Positions 1 to 9,937 of a stretch of 64,000 bases of DNA are shown piece by piece (position 1 is the first letter of the stretch; the number at the start of each line of letters is the position of its first letter). Below the pieces are notes generated by a model. It saw nothing but the letters and a program-made list of their open reading frames with translations, made no database searches and was not told the origin of the DNA. The position numbers were made by a program, and so were the translations under genes. Source of the stretch: an uncultured Methanosarcinales archaeon (GTDB lineage Archaea > Nanobdellota > Nanobdellia > Woesearchaeales > GW2011-AR9). The stretch lies in NCBI GenBank assembly GCA_964552945.1, contig CAZKIP010000004.1, positions 25,794 through 89,793 on the forward strand, read 5' to 3'.

Positions 1-707
1 TGATTAAGGTGGAGAATTCAGCTTTGAATTTTGCTAAAAAAGAAATGAGTGGAAAATGGGTTAAGATAGTCAATGGTGACAAATCTATCTGGGCTTCAAA
101 GAACTTTTCTCAAGAATGGGGAGAAAATGGAGAAAATTATTTTTCTTTGATTGAGAGAATTGATGAGGTTAGTTCTTTAACGGAAATTATTCCTTTGAAA
201 GTTGGAAATAAATGGAAATATGATGTTTTTTTATATGGGAGGAAGGTTGAAGAAGTTTCAACTGCTGTTAAATGCACTCGTAATGGTTACTTTTTATATG
301 GTCGAGAGGTTGTTAAGAATACTGGCGAAGGATTAGTTTCTGTTGGTCGTTCTAATAATTGTAAAAGTTTGAAAAAAGGAGATATTGAGGAGAGGGGCTG
401 TTTAGAATGGAGGAAAACTTATGCTGGTAAGGTTAGTACTGGAAAAGCTTGTGTTAGGTCAAAACCAGGTCTTCTTTACAGATATCCAGGGAAAGTTGGA
501 GAGGTTTATGATAATGGGAAATCTTTTTCTAAAATTGTTTCTGTTGCTGGGGTTTTTGGAGATAGAAAAGGTTGTTATGTTTATGAAGAAGGTGTGGGGA
601 AGGGTGGTCCTTTTGATTGTCCGGTTACTATTTGTCCCGGTTTAGGGCTGGTTAAGAGCAGTTGTGTGGATAAAAAATCTGTTTTAAAGAGTACTAATGT
701 TCGGTAA
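1..707 (+). CDS. C-terminal part of a Cys-containing secreted protein. The ORF is open to the window edge, so the 5' end is truncated.
   Basis: ORF in frame from position 3 with no upstream stop. Gly/Lys/Cys-rich with no TM. Lies directly upstream of the surface-protein island. Confidence 0.35.
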   Translation, partial: IKVENSALNFAKKEMSGKWVKIVNGDKSIWASKNFSQEWGENGENYFSLIERIDEVSSLTEIIPLKVGNKWKYDVFLYGRKVEEVSTAVKCTRNGYFLYGREVVKNTGEGLVSVGRSNNCKSLKKGDIEERGCLEWRKTYAGKVSTGKACVRSKPGLLYRYPGKVGEVYDNGKSFSKIVSVAGVFGDRKGCYVYEEGVGKGGPFDCPVTICPGLGLVKSSCVDKKSVLKSTNVR

Positions 708-720
708 TTTTATAAATATA
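705..720 (+). promoter_or_regulatory. Candidate archaeal TATA box/BRE upstream of the giant gene
   Basis: The string attttataaatata lies ~25-30 nt upstream of ATG 742. Confidence 0.35.
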
Positions 721-741
721 GAGTGATTGTTTTTCTTTATT

Positions 742-3700
742 ATGAAAAGAGGTGTGTTTTTAGTAGTTTTAGTTGTATTTCTCTTAGTTGGAAGTTTGAG
801 TGTTGTTGGTGGTACTGATGGGTTTGGTTGGAAAGTATATGATATGATGTATGCCCGGTATGATGGAGATGGTTGTGATGAAAATCAAATCGCTAAGGCA
901 AAACCTGTTGATGGTTTTGCCCATGGTGAAGGAATTGAAAAATGTTTTTTTAAGAAGGAGAGCGCAATAACTCCCTCGAAGCATGGATGTGTGGTTGGAG
1001 TTTCTGATGATTATGCGAATGGTAATGATTATTGTGCGGGAGGTTATAAGACTGAGGGGGCTTCTTTTGTCACTTCACCTACAAAAATAAAAAATTTTGC
1101 AGGATCAAAATTTTGGGAAGGAAGCGATTTTGGTGATAGTGATGCAAAAACATGTAGTGAGACTTTAATTCACCACCCGGATCCTTACCTATGTCAAAAT
1201 TCTAAATGGACATTGTGTGATTTTGGACAAAGAAATGAATATGTTACTTTGAAGAGTCTTAAAGATGGAGCATTACAATATTACTTCTGTGTTCAGGATA
1301 TTAATGGAGAAATGTCTTGGCAAAAAAAAGAACAATTGAGTAACTTTGATTCTGATGGAGATGGCGTTGCAGATCCTTTTGATTGTAGACCCAATAATAA
1401 AGAAATTTATGGAAAATTTCCTACAGGATGTGATCCTAGTGCTACTACTGGACCAAAAGTTTGTTTAAGTACATCCTCTGCCAAAGAAGTATGTAATAAC
1501 AATGGTCAAGATGATGATTGTGATGCCACAACTAATGATGATTGCGATAAAGATAAAGAAATTTGCCAAGCCTCACCAAATAAATTTTCTTGGATTGATG
1601 GTATTTCTGATAATAACAAGTGTTGCGGTAACAATGGACTTGATGATTTAGGAACTATTTCTTTAGATGGAACAACTCAAGAAAATATCTGTGTAGGCAA
1701 AGATCATGTTGGTGTTGCAAATGATAAAGGAGTAAAGGAAACAATGGGAACAGCATGGACTTCATCATGTGCTGGAGATTGGTGTTGGTTAAAAACAAGT
1801 GGAACTCCTGCTTTCAAAATAATGACCATTAGAACCCCTGAAGAAGACTATGATGTTGTCTCAAATACAAATAAATGGATAGAATGTAGGAAAAACAATC
1901 CTGATCAGAAAGTTCTTCCAACTAGTTTTTTAAATGAACAAAAGAATATAATGAATGCAAATAGATTTTATTGTTATGAAGAGGGAAATAGATGGAGCTG
2001 GGCAGATTGTAGAACTGAAGATATTCCAGATAGTGGAACCAACAATGGGGTAAAAAATAGATTTGAAGGAGATGGGCTGTTTTCTTTACATATTGACGAG
2101 GGGTATTCTACTGATTCTCAAAAGATTATTTTGGTTGAAAATAATCAAGGATTAAAAAATTATTATGGAGAGGGAAGATTATCTTTTGGAGATTATAATG
2201 TTTTAGAATTACACTTGAGATTTACTTCAATTGATTTGTTTAAAAAACCTGAAGTAACATTTGAGATTAGTGCAAAAGATAAACCATATTTGAAAGGAAA
2301 TGCGTTGAGTTATGCTGTTGGAAATTCACAAATAGAAGAAGGAAGGTGGATGAAAATTAGAATTCCTGTATCTGCTTACCCTAAAGTTGAAGCAATTTCT
2401 TTTAGTACTTTACCAAAACATGTTATTGAAGTAAGAAATGTTCGTTTAACAAAAGAAGATAATAGTGACAAAGCAGTTTGTTCAGGACAAGAGAGTGTTT
2501 CTAAAAAAGAAAGTTCTTGGTTGGAAAAAGGATTAGACACAATAAATGGAGAAATTAGTGGAGAAAACATTTGTAATGTCTTGTATGACCCAAATTATAA
2601 ACCTGCAGATTCTGATAAAAAGGTTGACTCTGTCGGAAACGCTTGGCTAGGAGGGGACAATTTTAACAATTTGGGAAAGAACCTTTGTTGTGGAAATACC
2701 GATGAAGAATATTATGCGGGAATGTCTAAGAACGAATATGGTTGTTGGAATTCTGTACCGGTAGAAAATAATCAACCAGTTACAAATGTTGGATATGAAG
2801 TTTCTTATATGAAAAAAGAGAGAGATGATATTAACGTTGGAACTGCAGAAATTACCTCAACAGTATATTTTACAACAAAAGAATACGTTGGATCAAAATA
2901 TCTCTTTTTTTGCTATCCTTCGGTTAATTTCCTGAACCTTGATGGGGACTCAGATAGTTTTGATTGTTCAATAATAAGTTCAAAAATGACCATCTCTAAA
3001 AACACACAGAATACTAATAATGAGGTGTTTAAAATTTCTGAAAAGGAAATTAATGAAAATTCCCTTATGGGGCATTTTGGAGGTTTTGTAAAAAAGATAA
3101 ATATTTATGCAGAAGCAGAAGACGAAACACACCCTGCCCAAATTCATATCAAATATGATATTTATAGTAATGTAGAGGCATTAAAAGATAATGATAAGGT
3201 TCACATAATTAATTATGCATTTCCACTTTCTGATTTGAGCCAGACACACCTATATGAAATAGATCTTGAAAAAAAAATTCTTAATGATAACCCCGAGGAT
3301 AAAAAGATAAAAGTGAAAGAATTTAAGATTACTTCCCAACTCAACCCTCAAGAACATAGTACATTTGGTAATCCTTTAGAAATTAAGGGAGTTCTTTTTT
3401 TTGAAAGTCCTCCTCCTAGTAATCAAGGACAATCTAGTGGAATATATAAAACACAAGTCAATTTTAAGAACAAAGAAAATATAATTCACAAGTTTGGAAA
3501 AAATGAACTTTCTAACCTAAAAGATGTAAAAACAACCAATCCAACAGTTAGTCTTACCGACGCTCCTTCTAATGCACAAATAAACGTAATAAAAACTTAT
3601 TTTTGGAATCCTCTTGGAAAAGATATCAAAAAAAGAGATTTAGGTAAGGAATTTAACCCTTTAAATATTGGAAATTATGATGAGATTCATTTGATTGCAG

Positions 3701-6060
3701 ATATAAATCCTAACGAAGAATTAAATTTGATTACAACAACTCCAAAAAAACCACTAGAAGTAAATAACAAGAAAATAATTAAACCATGCATGTCGGAAAC
3801 TTGTACCTACCCTCTCCCAGGAGAACCACCATATACAATAACTTATGAAGATACAGAGATGTATGATTTATTTTTCGTTGATGAAGAAGGAGAACATAAA
3901 TTAGGAAGAAAAATTACAATTGACCCCAATGTCCCGAATATGGCAGGTAATGCGCCAGGGATTCCTGCACTTCCTCCAACAGATGATGATGCAGGCACAG
4001 GCAAAGGAAAGACTGGAGGGTCATATCAACCAGGAGTACAAAAAATTGAGTCAGGGCCTTTCAACAATCATGGAGTTATTGTAGCAAAAAAGGTTCCTTT
4101 GTCCACAGTTAGAATATATGAAGATAAAGAGAAGGCATTCTATGGGTGTCAAGCACCAGATTATATCACCAATAATGCTTTGGTTAAACCCCATTTTAAA
4201 CAAGCAAACTTCTGCGATTTCCAAGGAGACAAATATTGTTCATATTCTGACAACGGATTAGGTAGCGAATGGAGTACTGAACCCTTAACTAAAGTGGGAT
4301 ACGACCTAAATAAAGGAGATGCTTCCTTCAAAAAAGACGAAAAAGGAAGTCTTATTTTTCCAGTTTTTGACCTTCTAGATTTGAAAGATAAACCATTCCT
4401 TCCAAAAGACAGAGTCCACACAACTTCCGTCCTCCCCGCAAGAAATTTCCTTTCAACAATTCAACCAGCTAAGGAATTGAAAAATTGGGAATTGTTAGGG
4501 GCGCAACCAGGTGCAGTAATATACTCTGATGCAGACGGAACTATAAACCTGTTAGATAAAAATCATTTGAAATCTAATAAAATTCCAGTACCTCAGAAAG
4601 TAGAGTTACATTTTTCTCATGAAGGAACTTGTAAGTCAAAAATAGTTCTTTATAATAAAGATGGAAAAGGTGTAATCAAAACAACTGATAAATTCAATAC
4701 AGGTGATTTTTCTTTATTAACGATTGAATTTTTTAAAGGACCCTGCACAATTAAAAATCCCTTTCTCCAATTAGTGGAAAAAGATGAGGAACCAGTAAAA
4801 TATGAAGAGTTCCAAGAACTGGAAACAGATAGAGCAGGTATCGCCTGCTGTCCAAAAGATTATTGCTGGAATGGATACGCATGTACAGCACCAATGGGAG
4901 AACATACCTTCCTTGCAGAAAAAACAAGTAATGGAAAAACATATCGTTGCTTAGCAGGAGAATGGACAATATCTACCCCTAAAAAAGATTGGAATGAAAA
5001 AGAATTTGGTTTCTGTGAAAAAATAGAGCAATGTTATGTGATGGGTTCCAATGATCCAAATAAAGGAGACTTCCAAGCATGTTTAGATAATAATGGCTAT
5101 GTGGCAGACCATTTCTGTGCAGCGGGTAACTGGACCAGTAGAACTAAATTTTTAGCATCAGCATTACTTGATGCGGTTGATAAAGAGGATTACACTATTT
5201 ATTGTACAGATCCAATCTCTGCTTTCAACATTGTTAAAGATGAAAATAAACCTTTCATCCTTGGAACAGAAAAAACTGTTTCAACTGGTGGAAAAGCTCC
5301 TCTACCTGGTCAAACACCAACCCCACCAAAAAAGATTCACACTTGCTCAAAACAAAGACATCCAAAAATTTCAGAAGAAGAAGACACTTGTATAAACAAT
5401 GTGTGTGTTGTTAGGTATGGTGAAAAAGATGAATTCTCAACAGCTTTTGCCACTACTATGAACAAACCTGGTAATTCAACTGGTTCTTTTTTAACACTTC
5501 TAAAAATTAATCCAACTGATTTAAATGACCTTTGTCAAGGAGAGGATAAAGGATTTGTTAAATGTAAATTGAAAGGGACAGAATTTTGGTACGATCAAAG
5601 AGTAGATGCAATTATTTACAGCGAAGACGGAATTTCTATCAAGAAAGATACTTTAGAAAAGATGTGGGATACTGTTAAAAATTTCTTTGCAAACTTCTTT
5701 GGACAAGGAAATAAGCCTTCCAAAACATCAAAAGAATTTCTTTTGAAAGCGCAGAACTTTAATGAGATATATCTTGCAAAGCAAGGGAAGCAGGAAGTAA
5801 GGGCAGTTAAAGAAGTATTGAACGAGTTAGAGGGAGGAATTACCGTTGAGTATGAGGGCTTTAAAACGCCTCTCTGTCAATATTATGATAAAACAAGGAT
5901 TAAGCATCCTTCTTTCAAAAGTAAAGGCGTTTTTAATACAAAAGATTTCGATTTCAGATGTGTTGATACAAACAAATTAACTACAATACAGGCTAAAACA
6001 AATTTAGATTATATCTTCCCAAATATCACTGCAAATTTGAGAGTGGCCCTAGAAGACTAA
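742..6060 (+). CDS. Giant secreted Cys-rich adhesin-like protein (~1772 aa) with a class III (prepilin-like) N-terminus
   Basis: The tracked ORF starts at TTG 727. The first ATG gives MKRGVFLVVLVVFLLVGSL, i.e. KRG followed by a hydrophobic helix. There are many Cys residues, repeated CCGN motifs, and DSDGDGVADPFDC, a thrombospondin type 3-like Ca-binding motif. No internal TM. Confidence 0.6.
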   Translation: MKRGVFLVVLVVFLLVGSLSVVGGTDGFGWKVYDMMYARYDGDGCDENQIAKAKPVDGFAHGEGIEKCFFKKESAITPSKHGCVVGVSDDYANGNDYCAGGYKTEGASFVTSPTKIKNFAGSKFWEGSDFGDSDAKTCSETLIHHPDPYLCQNSKWTLCDFGQRNEYVTLKSLKDGALQYYFCVQDINGEMSWQKKEQLSNFDSDGDGVADPFDCRPNNKEIYGKFPTGCDPSATTGPKVCLSTSSAKEVCNNNGQDDDCDATTNDDCDKDKEICQASPNKFSWIDGISDNNKCCGNNGLDDLGTISLDGTTQENICVGKDHVGVANDKGVKETMGTAWTSSCAGDWCWLKTSGTPAFKIMTIRTPEEDYDVVSNTNKWIECRKNNPDQKVLPTSFLNEQKNIMNANRFYCYEEGNRWSWADCRTEDIPDSGTNNGVKNRFEGDGLFSLHIDEGYSTDSQKIILVENNQGLKNYYGEGRLSFGDYNVLELHLRFTSIDLFKKPEVTFEISAKDKPYLKGNALSYAVGNSQIEEGRWMKIRIPVSAYPKVEAISFSTLPKHVIEVRNVRLTKEDNSDKAVCSGQESVSKKESSWLEKGLDTINGEISGENICNVLYDPNYKPADSDKKVDSVGNAWLGGDNFNNLGKNLCCGNTDEEYYAGMSKNEYGCWNSVPVENNQPVTNVGYEVSYMKKERDDINVGTAEITSTVYFTTKEYVGSKYLFFCYPSVNFLNLDGDSDSFDCSIISSKMTISKNTQNTNNEVFKISEKEINENSLMGHFGGFVKKINIYAEAEDETHPAQIHIKYDIYSNVEALKDNDKVHIINYAFPLSDLSQTHLYEIDLEKKILNDNPEDKKIKVKEFKITSQLNPQEHSTFGNPLEIKGVLFFESPPPSNQGQSSGIYKTQVNFKNKENIIHKFGKNELSNLKDVKTTNPTVSLTDAPSNAQINVIKTYFWNPLGKDIKKRDLGKEFNPLNIGNYDEIHLIADINPNEELNLITTTPKKPLEVNNKKIIKPCMSETCTYPLPGEPPYTITYEDTEMYDLFFVDEEGEHKLGRKITIDPNVPNMAGNAPGIPALPPTDDDAGTGKGKTGGSYQPGVQKIESGPFNNHGVIVAKKVPLSTVRIYEDKEKAFYGCQAPDYITNNALVKPHFKQANFCDFQGDKYCSYSDNGLGSEWSTEPLTKVGYDLNKGDASFKKDEKGSLIFPVFDLLDLKDKPFLPKDRVHTTSVLPARNFLSTIQPAKELKNWELLGAQPGAVIYSDADGTINLLDKNHLKSNKIPVPQKVELHFSHEGTCKSKIVLYNKDGKGVIKTTDKFNTGDFSLLTIEFFKGPCTIKNPFLQLVEKDEEPVKYEEFQELETDRAGIACCPKDYCWNGYACTAPMGEHTFLAEKTSNGKTYRCLAGEWTISTPKKDWNEKEFGFCEKIEQCYVMGSNDPNKGDFQACLDNNGYVADHFCAAGNWTSRTKFLASALLDAVDKEDYTIYCTDPISAFNIVKDENKPFILGTEKTVSTGGKAPLPGQTPTPPKKIHTCSKQRHPKISEEEDTCINNVCVVRYGEKDEFSTAFATTMNKPGNSTGSFLTLLKINPTDLNDLCQGEDKGFVKCKLKGTEFWYDQRVDAIIYSEDGISIKKDTLEKMWDTVKNFFANFFGQGNKPSKTSKEFLLKAQNFNEIYLAKQGKQEVRAVKEVLNELEGGITVEYEGFKTPLCQYYDKTRIKHPSFKSKGVFNTKDFDFRCVDTNKLTTIQAKTNLDYIFPNITANLRVALED

Positions 6061-6484
6061 ATCCTTCTTTCTTAATGTCTTCTATAAGATAATGCATATT
6101 AAAAGAAACTACTGCGTAATTCTTTTCAAGCAACTCTAAAAAAGTGTCTAGCTCTTTGATATTCTTACAAACCACCTCAGCTATGAAATCCCATCCATTG
6201 TTTGTTTTCTGTAAGGTATTTACATTATTGTGATGTTGCAAAAATAGAAGTAATCTATTTTTGTTTTCATTATCAACTTTCAAAAATACTTGAGCTCTGG
6301 CCCTGTAACCCATTTCATCGAAATTTAAAACAACCGTGTTTTTCTTAATTACACTATTTTGCAGCCCTTTCAGTAAATCGAAGAGGGTTGAAATTGGTAT
6401 GTGCGTTTTTTTGCTGATGGAAGTTAGTTTTGCGCGTGAATTTCTTCGCAAACATTCCAACAATAGCAAGGATTTTTCTTTCAT
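6026..6484 (-). CDS. Lrp/AsnC family transcriptional regulator
   Basis: 152 aa with an N-terminal HTH (LLLLECLRRNSRAKLTSISKKTHIPISTLFDLLKGLQ) and a C-terminal RAM-like domain. Its 3' end overlaps the giant gene convergently. Confidence 0.7.
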   Translation of the reverse strand: MKEKSLLLLECLRRNSRAKLTSISKKTHIPISTLFDLLKGLQNSVIKKNTVVLNFDEMGYRARAQVFLKVDNENKNRLLLFLQHHNNVNTLQKTNNGWDFIAEVVCKNIKELDTFLELLEKNYAVVSFNMHYLIEDIKKEGFSLLGPLSNLQ

Positions 6485-6581
6485 TTCTTTACCTTGCAGG
6501 AGTAACTATAAAAAGAAATATTTAAAAGTTCCGGCCACTTTTTTGAACAAAAAGCAACAACCTTCCTTAATTTATTACAAT

Positions 6582-7550
6582 ATGTTCAAGATAGACAAAT
6601 ATGATAGGAAAATCCTGTACGAACTAGATAAAAATGGCCGTGCTACCCTTACAGAGATAGCAAAAAAAATCAATAAGTCAAAATCCTTTGTTCTTTATCG
6701 TATTGATAAGATGAAAGAAAGCGGTTTCTACTTGCATGACATAGTTATTTACGACGTTTCTAAGTTAGGATATCAAACATATTATCTGTATCTAAGGGTG
6801 GTGGATCATACTGCTAAAAAGGAAGCCGAATTAATCAATTATCTTAAGAGTAAGCCAGAGGTTTATAGTATTCAGAGAATTATTGGAAAATATCAACTTT
6901 ATATCTCTATAATTGCTGAAGATGTCCTTTTGCTTGAAAGTATACTTCTGGAATTGGTAGAAAATTTTGAAAAGGTGGTTGTTGGATATCGGATTTTGCT
7001 TCTTTATAGTGCCAATTCCCCTTCCCATCATTACTTGTTTAAAGATTATCCCTGGATAGATAAAGATACTTCTATTTATGGAGCCGACCCTATTCCTGTA
7101 CTTCCAAAAGAAAGAGAATTTCTAAAAGTTCTTTCTGAGCACCCAAGGGGGTCTTTTAGTATGATTGCCAAAGAAATGGGAAGCAGTTTACCTAAAGTAA
7201 GAGACATGTATAAAGACTTGGTTAAAAGAAAAATTATTATTGCAATTCGTCCTTCATTGGAACCAAGGGTGATTGGTTTTTTGGATAAACATATCACCAT
7301 AAAAATGAAGTTTAAAGGATTGTTGAAATTGAAGGAGATTAAGAATTATCTAATGGGGTTGAAATCTACAAAATTTATTTCTTATACTTTTGGAAATTAT
7401 GATTTAACGGGAGCATTTGTTTTTGAAGACTTAGAAGAATTTAAGAATTTTCAAAGCGGCGTATTCAATCATTTTGGAGATTCGATAAATTTTATTGATT
7501 TCCACGATTACTTTGAAGAAATTAAATATCACCACTTTAAACGAGAGTAA
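6582..7550 (+). CDS. Tandem Lrp/AsnC-type HTH regulator with two AsnC-like modules
   Basis: The tracked ORF starts at 6336, but its first 82 codons overlap the opposite-strand Lrp gene. The in-frame ATG at 6582 gives MFKIDKYDRKILYELDKNGRATLTEIAKKINKSKSFVLYRIDKMKESG, a classic AsnC HTH. A second HTH-like segment is EREFLKVLSEHPRGSFSMIAKEMGSSLPKVRDMYKDLVKRKII. Confidence 0.6.
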   Translation: MFKIDKYDRKILYELDKNGRATLTEIAKKINKSKSFVLYRIDKMKESGFYLHDIVIYDVSKLGYQTYYLYLRVVDHTAKKEAELINYLKSKPEVYSIQRIIGKYQLYISIIAEDVLLLESILLELVENFEKVVVGYRILLLYSANSPSHHYLFKDYPWIDKDTSIYGADPIPVLPKEREFLKVLSEHPRGSFSMIAKEMGSSLPKVRDMYKDLVKRKIIIAIRPSLEPRVIGFLDKHITIKMKFKGLLKLKEIKNYLMGLKSTKFISYTFGNYDLTGAFVFEDLEEFKNFQSGVFNHFGDSINFIDFHDYFEEIKYHHFKRE

Positions 7551-7559
7551 ATTTATAAG
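7550..7559 (+). promoter_or_regulatory. Candidate TATA box
   Basis: aatttataag lies ~25-30 nt upstream of ATG 7583. Confidence 0.35.
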
Positions 7560-7582
7560 GTAGTATTGTTTTATTCCTTACA

Positions 7583-9937
7583 ATGAAAAAAAGAGGACAA
7601 ATTACCATCTTCATAATTTTAGGTGCAACGATTTTTCTAGTTTCCATTTTTTTACTATCTTTCACAAAAGAAGTTACCGAATCTTCTTTAAGTGATGAAC
7701 AAGATAGGTTTTATACTGAACTTTTACAAAGGGAAGGGTTGAGACTATTTGTAGAAGATTGCTTAGAGGATCCTTTGGATGAAGCATTGGAACTTATTGG
7801 TAAGCAAGGGAGATTATGGGCAGACCAACCAGGAGGGATTGTGGCTTTCTCGAAAGATTTAGGAGTAAGAGTTGCTGGAGAAGAAGATGTTAAAGGAGCC
7901 AGGGTTTTTTTTGGAATAAGAAATGAATTAAGGTCTTCCGATAATGTATATCCTTGTAATTCTGTTGATGCTCCTCCAGATTTATGTACCTATTCTTTTC
8001 CAAACACAACAATTGGTTTTGGAGATAGAGAAAGAATTCTTAATGTAATAGAGGGAGATTTAGAAAGATATTTACAAGAAGAAACTAAAAGGTGTGTTAA
8101 ACAGTTTGTTAATGAAGAAATCTCTAACGATGCAGTTATCAGTGAAACTGAGTTTACGATGGATGTAGAATTGAAAGCAGAAGCACTCCATGTTGATGTG
8201 GAATATCCACTACGTTTTGTTGTTAGAGGGAAGGAATTTTTTACAAATTCAAAATTTAATATGGTTGTAAAAACTAGATTTAAGAGATTTTTAGATTCCG
8301 TAGTTTCCCTTGCTTTAAGATGGGATGAGAAATATGCTGATTTCGAATTTACTTCTGATACTTTGAAGAAAAATTCTTTTTCTTATCAAAGTGAGAAAGA
8401 CATTTCTAATTGTGAAGGAATAGGTCCTTATACTTGTGAGTTATCTCTAACAGCGATGCAAACTTTTGATGTGGAAATGGAGAGACAGAGTGTCGATGGG
8501 CACGACCTTTTTATTTTCAAAGGGCCTGATTTTTTTTATAGGGTTGCTAGACAGAACAGGCCACCTGCTTTAGATTATGTTAATCGGAAAGCTTGTCCAG
8601 TTAGTTATGATTATTTGGTAATTAAGGAAGACCCCACTTTGAAAGATGTGGATATAACTCTTAACGCAGTTGATCCGGATGAGGAGAGTAAAGAGGTAAA
8701 ATATTTCTTTGAAGGATTGCCTACCGGATGGGACCAGTTTGTTAAAGGAAATAAGATGGTAATTCCTCCTCCTGAATTAACTTTGGAGAAATATGAATTT
8801 AAGGTAAGGGTAGAAGACGAACATGGTTTATCGGATTGGCAGAATGTTAGAATTGCCGTGGATAAACCTCTTGATTCCGAGATCTCTTTCAACCTTCCTT
8901 ACAAAGTTCTTGATAATAATGTCTTGGTTGATTACAAAGTTTATTCACAGAATTTAGGCACTTATATGGTTAGTAAAGAAGACCCTCTATTTTTGGAATT
9001 TAGATATCCTTCAGTTAATTTACAAGGACAGGAAGTAAATGCTAGAATAACAAAGAATGGAAACGAAATCCCAATTGTTACTGCGTTATCTAAGGGAAGT
9101 AATTTGTTTTGCATCCCTTCTGGAACGAGTTGTTTGATAGACGATTATAAGGATATTAATGATTTTGGAAAAATAGATTATAAAGATGGCGATAAGCTAA
9201 AGTTGGATGTTGATGTTAATTTCTGTGGAGGGTATAAAGATGAGAAGCAGCAGGAATTAGAAGTTAGAATGGTTGAGTGTATACCTCATCGAAATGAAGA
9301 GTATCCTTTTGCAGCTCCTTATAATGATTGGAAAAATGAAAAGGGAAAGATTGTTAGGGTTCAGACTCCAATAAATCCTTTCTTGGCTACTCATAGTTGT
9401 TGTGCTGACGATTTTAAAATTAAGAATAGTGGAGATTGTTTTGTAAATCCGGAGAAGACTTGCGGTGGAAATGTTGGCAAAATTGATTATATTTTGGAAG
9501 AGCAATATGCAACTTGTGATAAAGGAAGGGGAAATCTTTGTGGGGATCCAAAGTATCGCGAAGTTAAAGATGCCAATGGAAAAATTATTTGTCCAGACCC
9601 CGCAATACATACAACTTGTAGTAAGGTGGCTTCTGAATGTTCTGGTAGGGAGCAGTATTCTTTAGAACAGAAGAAGGATGGCTTTTGGTGTAATGGTCCC
9701 GCGGGTTGTGGTTTGGATAAGAAGGCTTGTGAGAGTGAGATTGTTTATACTGTTGATACCCCTAGTAATATTTTTCAGAATAATGTCGCTGTTGGAAAGG
9801 ATTTTAATAAGTATCAATGTGGATGTGATTCCACCAGTGCTAAAGATAAAAAAGTTTGTTATGATTTTGTTTCTGGAAAGCCAGGGGTTTGTGAAGACAT
9901 TGGTACCACCAGCTCAGTTTACAAATGTGTCACTTAA
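7583..9937 (+). CDS. Large secreted protein (784 aa) with a class III (pilin-like) signal and a Cys-rich C-terminal region
   Basis: N-terminus MKKRGQITIFIILGATIFLVSIFLLSF has the KRG-Q + hydrophobic-helix pattern of archaeal prepilins. The C-terminal third is Cys-rich (CCADDFKIKNSGDCF...). Confidence 0.6.
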   Translation: MKKRGQITIFIILGATIFLVSIFLLSFTKEVTESSLSDEQDRFYTELLQREGLRLFVEDCLEDPLDEALELIGKQGRLWADQPGGIVAFSKDLGVRVAGEEDVKGARVFFGIRNELRSSDNVYPCNSVDAPPDLCTYSFPNTTIGFGDRERILNVIEGDLERYLQEETKRCVKQFVNEEISNDAVISETEFTMDVELKAEALHVDVEYPLRFVVRGKEFFTNSKFNMVVKTRFKRFLDSVVSLALRWDEKYADFEFTSDTLKKNSFSYQSEKDISNCEGIGPYTCELSLTAMQTFDVEMERQSVDGHDLFIFKGPDFFYRVARQNRPPALDYVNRKACPVSYDYLVIKEDPTLKDVDITLNAVDPDEESKEVKYFFEGLPTGWDQFVKGNKMVIPPPELTLEKYEFKVRVEDEHGLSDWQNVRIAVDKPLDSEISFNLPYKVLDNNVLVDYKVYSQNLGTYMVSKEDPLFLEFRYPSVNLQGQEVNARITKNGNEIPIVTALSKGSNLFCIPSGTSCLIDDYKDINDFGKIDYKDGDKLKLDVDVNFCGGYKDEKQQELEVRMVECIPHRNEEYPFAAPYNDWKNEKGKIVRVQTPINPFLATHSCCADDFKIKNSGDCFVNPEKTCGGNVGKIDYILEEQYATCDKGRGNLCGDPKYREVKDANGKIICPDPAIHTTCSKVASECSGREQYSLEQKKDGFWCNGPAGCGLDKKACESEIVYTVDTPSNIFQNNVAVGKDFNKYQCGCDSTSAKDKKVCYDFVSGKPGVCEDIGTTSSVYKCVT

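Noticed and set aside
784-984. Short antisense or internal ORFs within the giant genes (784..984, 2376..2570, 4161..4421, 4751..4969, 5168..5395, 8611..8892, 9257..9610, 12363..12554, 12854..13117, 14331..14558, 14939..15337, 16402..16593, 18023..18217)
   Set aside because: They are embedded in long, well-supported ORFs on the other strand or frame. The composition is low-complexity and there are no start contexts. They are typical AT-rich frame noise.
6336-6581. N-terminal 82 codons of tracked ORF 6336..7550
   Set aside because: They overlap the convincing minus-strand Lrp gene (6026..6484). The Lrp HTH of the plus-strand protein starts exactly at the in-frame ATG at 6582.
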